Shown: one piece after another, positions 6,961 through 16,272 of the stretch
Layout: every line of letters starts with the position of its first letter
Numbering within the stretch: the stretch's first letter is position 1
Made by a program: the position numbers and the translations under genes
Notes under the pieces: model-generated
What the model saw: the letters and a program-made list of their open reading frames with translations, nothing else
Told to the model about the DNA's origin: nothing
The model's database searches: none
From: Bacillota bacterium
Lineage (GTDB): Bacteria; Bacillota; DTU025; JANLFS01
Length of the DNA: 57,902 nt
Direction of reading: 5' to 3'
Assembly (NCBI GenBank): GCA_024655925.1
Contig: JANLFS010000004.1
Location: forward strand, 5,201 to 63,102

Positions 6961-6990
6961 ATACTATGGCCCGGGGATCTGTCTTGTCAA
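6961..6990 (-). promoter_or_regulatory. Candidate sigma-A promoter of the S-component gene
   Basis: The minus strand reads TTGACA (6990..6985), an 18-nt spacer, then TAGTAT (6966..6961). Confidence 0.45.
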
Positions 6991-7002
6991 GTGTCATGAC
7001 AC
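6991..7002. promoter_or_regulatory. Perfect 12-bp palindrome GTGTCATGACAC; candidate NiaR operator abutting the -35 element
   Basis: Matches 11/12 positions of the GTGTMTWKACAS core of the Firmicute NiaR operator as I recall it. niaR is encoded at 16269..16796. Confidence 0.5.
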
Positions 7003-7030
7003 CCACCCGGCCCTGGTGTCCAGACGGGAC

Positions 7031-7720
7031 CTACTCTCCTCCGATATTCTCGAGAACCCGGTCGATTATCGTCTCCCGGAGCTCATCCCGGTCCTCTATC
7101 CTCGCTTCCACAATCGCCCGGATGTCAGCCACAAAAGCTGTATCCTTTATGGCGGCGAGGTTGATCTGTATGTTGAATATGGCCCCACCCATGGCAGTGT
7201 CGAGCAGGAGAGCGGCAACGCCAACATCACTGGCGGCGTTGGAGTTGCCTCGCTCCGCTACCACCCGGGCAAGTCTCATACCTTCCGCCGCGACTTCCAA
7301 CACCTCCAAGGGTGTCCTGACCGCGCCTTTCAGAGCAAGCTGGATCGCCTCGCGCCTTGCCTGTTTCTCCGTGTCAGTGGACTTAGGGAGCCTGTAAGCC
7401 CGCATCACACAGTTGAAAGCCGCGGTGTCCTCATCTGCCAAGGCGAGCAAGCGCTCCCTGAGGGCGCATGCCTTCTCTCTGACGTCTGTGAGTCTCGCTG
7501 CCTCGGTCTGCTGGATCGCTTCCTTTGGAGTAAGACCCGCCACCATTGAGACGAGCGCCAACCCCATCGCTCCTGCAACGGCAGATGCACTCCCACCTCC
7601 AGGCGCGGGCGTACTGGCGCCCAGTTCCCCGAGAAACTCTCGAAGTGCCATTCCCGCGAACGACATCTCCTGTACCCTCCCAATCTGGTTCTCAAGCCTG
7701 CTGGGCCACGGCCCCGGCAC
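7031..7720 (-). CDS. Formimidoyltetrahydrofolate cyclodeaminase / methenyl-THF cyclohydrolase family protein (FTCD C-terminal-domain type)
   Basis: LREFLGELGASTPAPGGGSASAVAGAMGLALVSMVAGLT is the family signature. The true start may be the internal ATG at 7666 (MSFAGM...). Confidence 0.8.
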   Translation of the reverse strand: MPGPWPSRLENQIGRVQEMSFAGMALREFLGELGASTPAPGGGSASAVAGAMGLALVSMVAGLTPKEAIQQTEAARLTDVREKACALRERLLALADEDTAAFNCVMRAYRLPKSTDTEKQARREAIQLALKGAVRTPLEVLEVAAEGMRLARVVAERGNSNAASDVGVAALLLDTAMGGAIFNIQINLAAIKDTAFVADIRAIVEARIEDRDELRETIIDRVLENIGGE

Positions 7721-7735
7721 CTTATCGGATGTGGG

Positions 7736-9052
7736 CTAGAAAGCACGGTCGCCCGATGGGGCACTCCCCACTCGCCTTCCGTCCTTCACCACTACGCGCC
7801 CGCCCTTTACAACATCAGTGACACAGTTCACACCTATCTGGAATGGAAGTGCATCGAGTGCAGGGACGTCAACAACTATGAAGTCTGCCGGCCGGCCTGG
7901 ACTAAGGCTTCCCGCTCTATCCCCTCGCCCGATCGCCCAGGCGGCGTTCACTGTGGCTGCGGATACAGCCTCGGCTGGGGTCATCTTCATCTCCAGACAC
8001 GCCAGAGTCAAGACGAACTGCATGGATGGCACAGGGGACGTCCCGGGGTTGAAATCAGTGGCCAGAGCTACTGCAACCCCTCGATCTATCATTCCTCTGG
8101 CATCAGCGTACCTGTCAGACATGAGAGTGAACATGGTCGCTGGGAGCAGCACCGCAACTACGCCTGCTTCCGCAAGGCGGTCCATCCCGGTCCGGGATGC
8201 TGCGGCGAGGTGGTCCGCGGACACGGCTCCCAGGGAGGCGGCCAGTTCCGCCCCGCCGATGGGGTTTATCTCGTCTGCGTGGAGTTTCGAACGGAGGCCC
8301 AGACGCTGAGCAGCGAGGAGCAGACGTTCCGCCTGCTGGGTGGAGAACACCCCCTCCTCACAGAAGACGTCGCAGAACTCCGCGAGGCGCCTTGATGCCA
8401 CTGCCGGGAGAACCTCTCTGATGATAAAGTCCAGATACCCTTCGACATCTCCTTCGAACTCCGGGGGCACGGCGTGGGCAGCGAGGAGAGTGCTCACTAC
8501 CTCAACTGGATGCTTGCAGGAGGCCGCTCGGAGGACCTCGAGTTGCTTGAGTTCAGACGTGAGATCCAGGCCATACCCGCTCTTCGCCTCGAGAGTCGTA
8601 GTCCCGTGGAGAAGCACGGTGTCGAGTCTCTTGGTGGCAGTGGCCTGCAGGTCTTCAAAACTGGCCTTGCGGGTCGCCTCGACAGTGCTGATGATCCCGC
8701 CTCCTGCGGACAGGATGTCGAGGTACTTGGCCCCTTGTATGCGCATTATGTGTTCTTCGTGGCGCGTGCCAGCGAATACGAGGTGGGTGTGGGCGTCCAC
8801 AAACCCGGGCAAGACGGTCTTACCGGACGCATCGATGATCTCGGGGCATCCACGTGGTTCCCGGGAGAGCACTTCGCGCGTGGGTCCGATGTCTACGATG
8901 CGTCCGTGGGCGCACGCGATAGCGCCGTCGGGAATGATGCCCACCCGGCCGAGGTCCGTGCCGCGCCGGGGGCCGGGCGGCACGCCCTCCGGAGCGCACG
9001 TTGCTAGCTCGGCAGCGTGAATTAGTAGTAACTCAGAAGGCTCAGTCCTCAT
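7736..9052 (-). CDS. hutI: Imidazolonepropionase
   Basis: Amidohydrolase motifs GFVDAHTHLVFAG, KLHADE and TDFNPG. 438 aa. Overlaps the upstream gene by 11 nt. Confidence 0.9.
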   Translation of the reverse strand: MRTEPSELLLIHAAELATCAPEGVPPGPRRGTDLGRVGIIPDGAIACAHGRIVDIGPTREVLSREPRGCPEIIDASGKTVLPGFVDAHTHLVFAGTRHEEHIMRIQGAKYLDILSAGGGIISTVEATRKASFEDLQATATKRLDTVLLHGTTTLEAKSGYGLDLTSELKQLEVLRAASCKHPVEVVSTLLAAHAVPPEFEGDVEGYLDFIIREVLPAVASRRLAEFCDVFCEEGVFSTQQAERLLLAAQRLGLRSKLHADEINPIGGAELAASLGAVSADHLAAASRTGMDRLAEAGVVAVLLPATMFTLMSDRYADARGMIDRGVAVALATDFNPGTSPVPSMQFVLTLACLEMKMTPAEAVSAATVNAAWAIGRGDRAGSLSPGRPADFIVVDVPALDALPFQIGVNCVTDVVKGGRVVVKDGRRVGSAPSGDRAF

Positions 9053-9962
9053 CCCATATCTTTGCCTCCAGAATCTGTCCTGAGGAGAGCTTTGGAAGCT
9101 GTAGGTAGAATGCTGCTGAATCGAGAATCGCGTCGAGGGGCATGAGGCCTATGAGTTCGGTCTCCACGATCGGGACGCCGTACCTCTGGGCCTCCCTGCG
9201 GACCATCTCGACTGCACGGTGGATAGGGGTCCTCGTGTAGTCTACCAGGTTCATCGAGACCTGCGCGATGTTCCTCTCAGAGAGCATTACCCCAATTGCC
9301 CGGACGTGCACGAGCCCTCCACTGCTCCCCCTGACTGCACGGGCGATCTTCCTGGCGATCTCCAGGTCTCCGGTGCCGAGGTTGACGTTGAATGCGATGA
9401 GAGGCATGCGCGCACCGATCACTGTTGCGCCTGCGGTAGGGTGCAGTCTGGGCGGGCCGAAGTCCGGATGTCTTTCCGGGGTGTCTATTGTCTGTTTGAG
9501 TCCCTCATACTCCCCTCGCCTGATGTCCGCCAGGTTCCGCCGGTCCGGGCTCGTCGCCGCTTCCCCGTATAGGTACACCGGAATCCCGAGTTCCTCTGCA
9601 ACCCGCTTGCCCAGTGTGCGAGCGAGCTCGACACATTCTGCCATGGTGACTCCACGGATCGGCACGAAGGGCACGACATCCGCTGCCCCGATTCTGGGGT
9701 GGCCGCCGCAGTGCGCCTCCATGTCTATGAGATCCGCTGCCCGGGATATCCCAGCGAATGCACCTTCCGTGCAGGCCTCAGGAGGGCCGACGAAAGTGAC
9801 CACGCTTCTGTTGTGGTCATGATCGGAGGTATGGTCCAGGATCCGGACTCCCGGCGTCTGGGCAATCGCCTCGACTATGGCTGCGACGACCTCGGGTCTC
9901 CTGCCTTCACTGAAGTTCGGCACGCACTCGACGACGCGCCGGTCCACGGGCTGCTCACTCAT
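9042..9962 (-). CDS. Glutamate formimidoyltransferase (FTCD N-terminal-domain type)
   Basis: The VECVPNFSEGRR N-terminal signature is present. 306 aa. It lies directly upstream of hutI. Confidence 0.85.
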   Translation of the reverse strand: MSEQPVDRRVVECVPNFSEGRRPEVVAAIVEAIAQTPGVRILDHTSDHDHNRSVVTFVGPPEACTEGAFAGISRAADLIDMEAHCGGHPRIGAADVVPFVPIRGVTMAECVELARTLGKRVAEELGIPVYLYGEAATSPDRRNLADIRRGEYEGLKQTIDTPERHPDFGPPRLHPTAGATVIGARMPLIAFNVNLGTGDLEIARKIARAVRGSSGGLVHVRAIGVMLSERNIAQVSMNLVDYTRTPIHRAVEMVRREAQRYGVPIVETELIGLMPLDAILDSAAFYLQLPKLSSGQILEAKIWDED

Positions 9963-10079
9963 GAAAGCGGGCTCACTCCCTTTCCGGCCTCACTCGGCGC
10001 GAGAGGATCTCTCTCAGCTTGACGTGGGTTGAATCTTCGTCGCCCTACCGGCAATTCCTGCACGGGGGATCTGCGGGAG

Positions 10080-10109
10080 TTGCTTTCCGGCTGGTGGTGG
10101 ATGTATAAT
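10080..10109 (+). promoter_or_regulatory. Candidate sigma-A promoter of the fur-like/cbiMQO operon
   Basis: TTGCTT (10080..10085), an 18-nt spacer, then TATAAT (10104..10109). Confidence 0.55.
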
Positions 10110-10124
10110 CAGCGCAGGAATTGC

Positions 10125-10139
10125 AAATGATTTTCATTT
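10125..10139. promoter_or_regulatory. AT-rich inverted repeat AAATGA-ttt-TCATTT; candidate Fur-family operator
   Basis: A perfect 6-3-6 palindrome 16 nt downstream of the -10 and 17 nt upstream of the fur-like ATG. It is the only AT-rich palindrome in this GC-rich spacer. Confidence 0.5.
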
Positions 10140-10155
10140 AGGTGGTGGCGGATCC

Positions 10156-10590
10156 ATGCCCTGCGCGGAACTACCTCCCGCTGAGCGGATGCTCAAGGCG
10201 GCTGGGCACAAACTCACGGAGCAGCGCAGATCCATCCTCGCACTCTTTGAACGGGGCTCGGAGCACCTGACCGCAGCTGAGGTTCATGACGCTGTACGGT
10301 CACGTGACCCCGAAATCGGCTTAACAACCGTTTACCGTACACTTGAGCTCCTGTCGGATGTGGGCATTCTGCGACGGGTGAACTTCAACGACGGCGCTGT
10401 GAGATACGAGCGGAGCCTGGGGTCCCGAGGGCACCATCACCATCTTGTGTGCATGGGGTGCGGCAAGGTGATCGAATTCGGGGAATGTCAGATTCGCTCC
10501 ATTGAGCAGAGGCTCGCCCAGGTCACCGGGTTCAAGATCGAGAAGCACTGGCTCGAAGTGACTGGCCGGTGCGAGGAATGCCAGAAATAG
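10156..10590 (+). CDS. Fur-family metalloregulator (Fur/Zur/Nur/PerR type not resolved)
   Basis: Winged-helix LTTVYRTLELL, metal site HHHHLVCMGCGKVIEF, and a C-terminal CEEC. 144 aa. Confidence 0.85.
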   Translation: MPCAELPPAERMLKAAGHKLTEQRRSILALFERGSEHLTAAEVHDAVRSRDPEIGLTTVYRTLELLSDVGILRRVNFNDGAVRYERSLGSRGHHHHLVCMGCGKVIEFGECQIRSIEQRLAQVTGFKIEKHWLEVTGRCEECQK

Positions 10591-10617
10591 GAGCAACTCT
10601 TCAGAGGTGAAGCGGAA

Positions 10618-11376
10618 TTGTCCCATCTCCACATACCGGACGGCATAATCCCTCTTCCCTGGATCGTTCTGGGGTTGGCGGCCACTGCAGTGCTGGTGGC
10701 ATTCTCAGTGCTTGCTTTGAGAAGGCAGGATCCGGTGAAAGTGGTCCCGCGTATCGGCGTGCTGGCAGCGCTGATGCTGGCAGCCATGAGCCTGCCGATC
10801 CCAGTGCTGAACTACCATGTGAACCTCACGGTCTTGGCCGGAATTATCGCAGGCCCAGCCCAAGGCTTCATCGGGTGCCTGATAGCCAACGTGATCCTTG
10901 CGCTCACCGGCCACGGAGGCATCACTGTGGTGGGCATCAACACCGTCGTCACGGGAATCGAGGTCCTGGTCGGGTGGGCCGTATGGACCGGCCTTCGCCG
11001 TGTAGTGAGGCGCCCCTTCGCCCTGGCCGCCGCGACCACGGTCATCGCGCTTGCTCTCTCCACCACGGCCATGCTCGGCGTCGTCGCCGGGACGCAGATC
11101 AACCCTGGACTGGTTCGGCACGCCCACGAGAAACCTGCAGTAGTGAATCTGGAGGAACAGCTCATCGGAGAGCACATTGGAGAGGATCACGGCCCAGAGG
11201 ACAACCACCCGGATGACCATCCGGACGAGGACGCTCACGGCCCCCTTTCCCTTGGGACGTTCGCTGCTGTTGTCTACTCCGCTGGCATGGTTGGATGGGC
11301 AATCGAGGCCGCGATCATCGGAGCAGTGGCACAGTTCCTCGCGCGGGCCCGCCCGGACTTGATTGGGGCATTGTAG
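10618..11376 (+). CDS. cbiM: CbiM/NikM-family ECF substrate-capture permease with a His/Asp-rich insert
   Basis: TTG start with a GAGGTG Shine-Dalgarno 8 nt upstream. The N-terminus is MSHLHIPDGI (HIPDG signature, but not at position 2). Insert EHIGEDHGPEDNHPDDHPDEDAHGP precedes the last TM. Confidence 0.8.
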   Translation: MSHLHIPDGIIPLPWIVLGLAATAVLVAFSVLALRRQDPVKVVPRIGVLAALMLAAMSLPIPVLNYHVNLTVLAGIIAGPAQGFIGCLIANVILALTGHGGITVVGINTVVTGIEVLVGWAVWTGLRRVVRRPFALAAATTVIALALSTTAMLGVVAGTQINPGLVRHAHEKPAVVNLEEQLIGEHIGEDHGPEDNHPDDHPDEDAHGPLSLGTFAAVVYSAGMVGWAIEAAIIGAVAQFLARARPDLIGAL

Positions 11377-11393
11377 GCAGGAGGTAATCCTGG

Positions 11394-12113
11394 TTGGACA
11401 TTCAGATCCTGGACGAGCTGGCGTGCAACGGTCACACCACGCTACACGAGTCTGCGCCGGCGGCGAAGGTCGTGGCGGCCGGGGCGCTTCTGGCTGCAAC
11501 GATCCTCGCGGGATCTCCAGGGCTCGCCGTGGCTGTGGTGGTGACGGTTGCGGTCCCCGCGTGGCTGGCCGGCCAGCCCATCCGGAAAACGATCCCGTTT
11601 GCACTGTATCCCTTGGTCTTCGCTGCCATCTTCGCCGTGAGCGTGGCCAGGTCCAACCCGTCCCTGGCCCTGTTGGTCGTCATCCGTGCGTTCGCTGCGG
11701 GGTTCATCATGATCACTCTGCTGACCACCACCTCGTTTGTGGATGTCTTCGCGCTTCTGGGCTCTGTCCTCCCCGTCGTGGTGGCAGACGCCATGTTCAT
11801 GGCGTACAAGGCGTTTTTCGTGCTCATGGGAGAGCTTTCCGATCTCCTGGTCACGATCAGGCTTCGAGGGGCAGACAGCGGGGCACGCGGGCCGCGGGCC
11901 TTGCTTCGCACGCTTCGGAACTACGGGGAGATCCTGGGTGTGCTCATCCTGCACTCTGTGGACATGACGGAGAGGACTTACAGGGTCATGCAGGTGAGAG
12001 GGTATTCCGGACGGATCCGTGTCGAGCCGAGAGACCGACGGTTCAGGCCGGCCGATCTGGCGATCGTCACGTACTCTCTCGGTGTTCTACTGGGGGTGCT
12101 GGTTCTGAGATGA
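11394..12113 (+). CDS. cbiQ: ECF transporter transmembrane (T) component, CbiQ/EcfT family
   Basis: 239-aa polytopic protein between cbiM and the ATPase. Its TGA overlaps the next ATG (ATGA junction). The call rests on position and hydrophobicity. Confidence 0.7.
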   Translation: MDIQILDELACNGHTTLHESAPAAKVVAAGALLAATILAGSPGLAVAVVVTVAVPAWLAGQPIRKTIPFALYPLVFAAIFAVSVARSNPSLALLVVIRAFAAGFIMITLLTTTSFVDVFALLGSVLPVVVADAMFMAYKAFFVLMGELSDLLVTIRLRGADSGARGPRALLRTLRNYGEILGVLILHSVDMTERTYRVMQVRGYSGRIRVEPRDRRFRPADLAIVTYSLGVLLGVLVLR

Positions 12114-13015
12114 AGGCCGACCGCGACACCATCACGACTTCAACTGGCGTGCCGCGCAAACCCGGGGCTCGGGGCGATGGAGACCCTATCGTGCGAGTAA
12201 ACTGCATCCGGCATGTCTATCCCGACCACACCCAAGTGGACCTGTGCGGGCTGGACTTCACCGTCTCGCGCGGGGAGCGTGTCGCAGTCCTGGGCGCCAA
12301 CGGGAGCGGGAAGTCCACTCTGATCTATCACCTACTGGGCCTCCTCGCGCCTGTGGAAGGGCAGGTCGCGGTCTTTGGTGAGAACCCCGCCCAGGCCTTC
12401 CGGCGCATACGCCACAGAGTTGGAGTCGTGCTCCAGAACGTGGATGACCAGATAATCGGCCCAACAGTCTGGGACGACGTGACATTCACCATACGCAACC
12501 TGAACTGGCCCCGGGCCGACATCGAGGCTGCGGGCAACCGTATCCTGGGGAGGCTTGGCATAGCCCACCTGGCCAAGAAGATCCCTCACTACCTGAGCGG
12601 CGGGGAAAAGCGGAAGGTAGCCCTTGCCGGGGCGCTCGCAAGCCGCCCTGAGCTCCTCATAATGGATGAGCCATTCACTGGACTGGACCCCAAGGCCCGG
12701 GAAGAACTGGTGGACCTTCTGAACCAGGTACACGTGGAGGACGGGTTGAGCTACATCGTCTCCACTCACGAGGTCGACTTCGTCCCTGCCATCGCAGATT
12801 ACGTCTATGTGCTCGGGAGTCACGGGATCGTCATGTCGGGGACGCCCAGGCAGGTCTTCGCCCAGGCGCCCGCGCTACGTGCCTCTCACATAGGCCTGCC
12901 GGCCATCACTGAGCTGTTCGAGCGGCTTCAGAGGGCAGGATGGGATGTCGGCACGCCGCTCACCGCCGCCGAAGCCGAGGCCGAGCTCAGTCCGTATCGA
13001 TCTTCGGGATCTTGA
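12110..13015 (+). CDS. cbiO: ECF transporter ATPase, CbiO/EcfA family
   Basis: Walker [10 protein letters not shown], signature [13 protein letters not shown] and Walker B LLIMDEP. The start is taken at ATG 12110. The 5' part of track ORF 11363..13015 is a shadow frame over cbiQ. Confidence 0.9.
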   Translation: MKADRDTITTSTGVPRKPGARGDGDPIVRVNCIRHVYPDHTQVDLCGLDFTVSRGERVAVLGANGSGKSTLIYHLLGLLAPVEGQVAVFGENPAQAFRRIRHRVGVVLQNVDDQIIGPTVWDDVTFTIRNLNWPRADIEAAGNRILGRLGIAHLAKKIPHYLSGGEKRKVALAGALASRPELLIMDEPFTGLDPKAREELVDLLNQVHVEDGLSYIVSTHEVDFVPAIADYVYVLGSHGIVMSGTPRQVFAQAPALRASHIGLPAITELFERLQRAGWDVGTPLTAAEAEAELSPYRSSGS

Positions 13016-14642
13016 TCCCGCGCTCCGTCGCGGTCTTGCGCGCGAGTTCGTACCCGGCATCCGCGTGCCTCACGACACCGATTCCGGGATCGCAGGTGAG
13101 CACACGCTCAAGCCTTTCCGCCGCAGCGTCCGTACCATCCGCCACGATAACCATCCCTGCATGGAGTGAGTACCCTATCCCTACTCCTCCGCCATGATGG
13201 AACGAAACCCAGGTCGCGCCGGAAACGGCGTTCAGAAGGGCGTTCAGCACGGGCCAGTCGGCGATGGCGTCGCTTCCGTCGGCCATCCCCTCGGTCTCTC
13301 GGTTCGGAGATGCTACTGATCCGCAGTCCAGATGGTCGCGGCCGATCACGATGGGGGCCTTGATCTTGCCCTCGCGCACCAGGCGGTTTATGATCCTGCC
13401 GAACTTGGCCCGCTCACCGTATCCCAGCCAGCATATGCGGGCGGGCAGCCCCTGGAAGTGGACGTGGTCTTGGGCCATCTTGATCCATCTGACCAGGTGC
13501 TCATCTTCGGGGAACTCGTTAAGCACGACCTCATCGGTCACATGGATGTCTGCAGGATCCCCCGACAGCGCCACCCAGCGGAACGGGCCTTTCCCCTCGC
13601 AGAAGAGCGGGCGGACATACGCCGGCACGAATCCCGGGTAGTCGAACGCGTTGGAGACCCCCGCAATCTTCGCCTGCTGGCGCAGGTTGTTTCCGTAGTC
13701 GAATACCACTGCCCCGCGCGCTTTCATCTCCAGCATGGCTCTGACCTGCGTCGCCATGGATTCGTAGGACCGGCGCTTGTACTGTGCCGGGTCCGACTTC
13801 CTGAGATCCTGAGCCTCTGCCAGCGACAACCCTGAGGGGACATAACCCTCCAGGGGGTCGTGTGCGGACGTCTGGTCAGTCACGAGGTCCGGGATGATCC
13901 CCCGTCGCACGAACTCGGGGTGAGTTCCGGACGCGTTGCCCAAAAGGGCGATGGACCTCGGGATGCGACGTTCCAGAGCTTCTCGGGCCATGGCAATGGC
14001 CTCGTCCATGGTCTCTGCCATCATCTCACAGTAACCGGTGCGGAGCCTCCGGTCGATTCTGGCCCGGTCGACCTCGACCGCGATCACAACACCTTCGTTG
14101 AACGTTGCTGCCAAAGGCTGAGCGCCGCCCATCCCCCCGAGCCCTGCCGTGAGAACTAGCCTGCCGCGAAGGGAGCCGCCGAAGTGTTTTTTGGCAGCGG
14201 CGGCGAAAGTTTCGTAGGTCCCCTGGAGGATTCCCTGTGTGCCAATGTATATCCAGCTTCCCGCAGTCATCTGCCCGTACATGGTCAGGCCCATCGCCTC
14301 AAGCTCCCAGAACTTCTCCCACGTTGCCCAGGCGGGGACGAGCATGGCGTTGGAGATCAGGACCCTGGGGGCATCCGCATGGGTCCGGAAGATCCCGACC
14401 GGCTTCCCGGACTGCACCAGTAGCGTCTCATCGTTCTCGAGCTCCCTCAGGCACCGGACGATCGCCTCAAAAGCAGGCCAGTTGCGCGCGGCCTTCCCGG
14501 TGCCACCGTACACTATCAGATCGTCCGGGCGCTCGGCGACCTCTGGATCCAAGTTGTTCATAAGCATCCTGAGGGCGGCTTCCTGCTGCCACCCGCGGCA
14601 TGAGATTTCGCGCCCCCTTGGCGCCTTTACAACTCTGGACAT
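12987..14642 (-). CDS. hutU: Urocanate hydratase
   Basis: [32 protein letters not shown] and NAD site [11 protein letters not shown]. The start is moved to ATG 14642, preceded by CAAGGAGGAAGGCAG. Confidence 0.9.
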   Translation of the reverse strand: MSRVVKAPRGREISCRGWQQEAALRMLMNNLDPEVAERPDDLIVYGGTGKAARNWPAFEAIVRCLRELENDETLLVQSGKPVGIFRTHADAPRVLISNAMLVPAWATWEKFWELEAMGLTMYGQMTAGSWIYIGTQGILQGTYETFAAAAKKHFGGSLRGRLVLTAGLGGMGGAQPLAATFNEGVVIAVEVDRARIDRRLRTGYCEMMAETMDEAIAMAREALERRIPRSIALLGNASGTHPEFVRRGIIPDLVTDQTSAHDPLEGYVPSGLSLAEAQDLRKSDPAQYKRRSYESMATQVRAMLEMKARGAVVFDYGNNLRQQAKIAGVSNAFDYPGFVPAYVRPLFCEGKGPFRWVALSGDPADIHVTDEVVLNEFPEDEHLVRWIKMAQDHVHFQGLPARICWLGYGERAKFGRIINRLVREGKIKAPIVIGRDHLDCGSVASPNRETEGMADGSDAIADWPVLNALLNAVSGATWVSFHHGGGVGIGYSLHAGMVIVADGTDAAAERLERVLTCDPGIGVVRHADAGYELARKTATERGIKIPKIDTD

Positions 14643-14700
14643 CTGCCTTCCTCCTTGAGCCTGGTGTGGCATGTCATACCTGCGGGCCAGCTGTGTCAAG

Positions 14701-16272
14701 CTACTCCAGTGGCCCGGCGGCACTTTCGACCGCCTCGAGGATCTCCCCGGATTCGATCATATTTCGGACGGTCTCAATGTCCGGGCTTATGGGACGATCG
14801 TCCTCGAGGTGTTCCACCTTGGACCGGACTGTCCGGTGCGCCGCGCCCGTGCCGGCGCCCGGCTCGAGGGGCGCCAGGAAGTCTATGCCCTGCGCGGCGC
14901 AGAGAATCTCAATCGCCAGGATGTTCGCAACGTTCTTCCGGATCTGCGCGGCTTTGCGGGCTGCGATGGTTCCCATGCTCACGTGGTCCTCCTGGTTCCC
15001 GGAGGTGGGGATGGAGTCCACCACAGCCGGGGAAGCCAGTATCTTGTTCTCAGAGACCAGCGCGGCCGAAGTGTACTGAGCGATCATAAGGCCCGAGTTG
15101 AGCCCTCCGTGCTCGGTAAGGAAAGGTGGGAGCCCGGACAGATGCGGGTTGACCATCCGTTCTGTGCGGCGCTCGGAGATACTTCCGATCTCGGCGAGGG
15201 CGATTCCGAGGAAGTCCAGGGCCATTGCCACGGGCTCACCGTGGAAGTTACCGCCGGATATGACCTCGCCGGTCTCGGCGAAAATGAGGGGATTATCGGT
15301 CGCGGAGTTCATCTCCCGCTCGATGACCCCCCGGGTGAAGGCTATTACATCCCTGGCCGCCCCATGTACCTGTGGGGCGCACCTGAGAGAGTACGCATCC
15401 TGAACCTTCGGGCAGTCCCGGTGGGACTCCCGGATCCCGCTTCCCCGGAGCAGCCTGATGAGGTTCCGAGCGGACGCGGTCTGCCCGGGGTGAGGCCTCG
15501 CCCGGCCGACTCGCTCGTCGAAGGCGGCGGTGGTTCCGCGCAACGCCTCCAGGCTCATGGCAGCAGCCACGTCAGCGACCTTTGCCAGCGTGGTGGCGTC
15601 CGACACACACAGGGCCCCAACAGCCGTCATCACCTGGGTGCCGTTTATGAGTGCTAGCCCTTCCTTGGCCCGGAGTGAAACCGGCGTGATGCCAGCGCAC
15701 CCCATCGCATCACCGCCGGAAAGGGTCTCACCCTGGTACCTTGCCTGCCCTTCGCCGATGAGCACAAGCATGGCGTGAGCAAGAGGCGCCAGGTCCCCGC
15801 TTGCCCCGACGGACCCCTGCGAAGGGACTACGGGACAGACTCCGGCGTTCACCATTGAGATTAGGGTCTCGACTACTTCGGGCCGGACCCCGGAGTAACC
15901 ACATGCCAGCGCGTTTGCCCGCAGCAGCAGGACGGCTCGGACCACCTCATCTGGCAGAGGCTCGCCCACCCCGCAGGCATGGGACCGAAGAAGGTTCACC
16001 TGAAGTGCGGCCCGGGCATCGGATGGTATGCGCACATCGGCGAACTTGCCGAACCCCGTGGTTATGCCATAGACCGCCCGGTCGTCCCCGAGCAGTGAGT
16101 CCACCACCGAGCTGGATGCAGCCATTCTGGACGCCGCACCCGGCGCGAGAGATACGGGGGCGCCCTGGCGTGCCACCGCCCGGACGTCCTCGACAGTCAG
16201 ACTCTTCCCATCTACACAGACTTGCACTCCGGTCCCTGCCTTCTGTGAAGCCACCGCTGCTTCATCCGTCAT
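14701..16272 (-). CDS. hutH: Histidine ammonia-lyase
   Basis: MIO-forming [11 protein letters not shown] motif. The start is taken at ATG 16272 (MTDEAAV...), which overlaps the niaR stop in an ATGA junction. Confidence 0.9.
   Translation of the reverse strand: MTDEAAVASQKAGTGVQVCVDGKSLTVEDVRAVARQGAPVSLAPGAASRMAASSSVVDSLLGDDRAVYGITTGFGKFADVRIPSDARAALQVNLLRSHACGVGEPLPDEVVRAVLLLRANALACGYSGVRPEVVETLISMVNAGVCPVVPSQGSVGASGDLAPLAHAMLVLIGEGQARYQGETLSGGDAMGCAGITPVSLRAKEGLALINGTQVMTAVGALCVSDATTLAKVADVAAAMSLEALRGTTAAFDERVGRARPHPGQTASARNLIRLLRGSGIRESHRDCPKVQDAYSLRCAPQVHGAARDVIAFTRGVIEREMNSATDNPLIFAETGEVISGGNFHGEPVAMALDFLGIALAEIGSISERRTERMVNPHLSGLPPFLTEHGGLNSGLMIAQYTSAALVSENKILASPAVVDSIPTSGNQEDHVSMGTIAARKAAQIRKNVANILAIEILCAAQGIDFLAPLEPGAGTGAAHRTVRSKVEHLEDDRPISPDIETVRNMIESGEILEAVESAAGPLE

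Noticed and set aside
6922-7039. Possible THF (folT-type) riboswitch upstream of the ECF S-component gene. The minus strand starts GGAGAGTAG, like the 5' end of the E. siraeum THF aptamer, and a GCCUUU/GGAGGC pairing could mask the Shine-Dalgarno.
   Set aside because: Beyond the first 9 nt I could not reproduce the conserved junction or pseudoknot nucleotides. GGAGAGTAG contains the stop codon of the upstream gene. A TTGACA-18-TAGTAT promoter with a NiaR-type palindrome lies downstream of it, so most of the putative aptamer would not be in the transcript. It is still worth one cmsearch run.
11363-12109. 5' two-fifths of track ORF 11363..13015, and other long alternative-frame ORFs. Examples: 2710..3669, 10705..11604, 14671..15657, 22929..23948, 23222..24322, 27832..28662, 28082..28918, 31945..32781, 32785..33507, 45165..45875, 45927..46670.
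   Set aside because: They are Arg/Pro/Gly/Ala-rich shadow ORFs of the kind expected opposite or out of frame to real genes in GC-rich DNA. Each is fully covered by a gene with clear family motifs.
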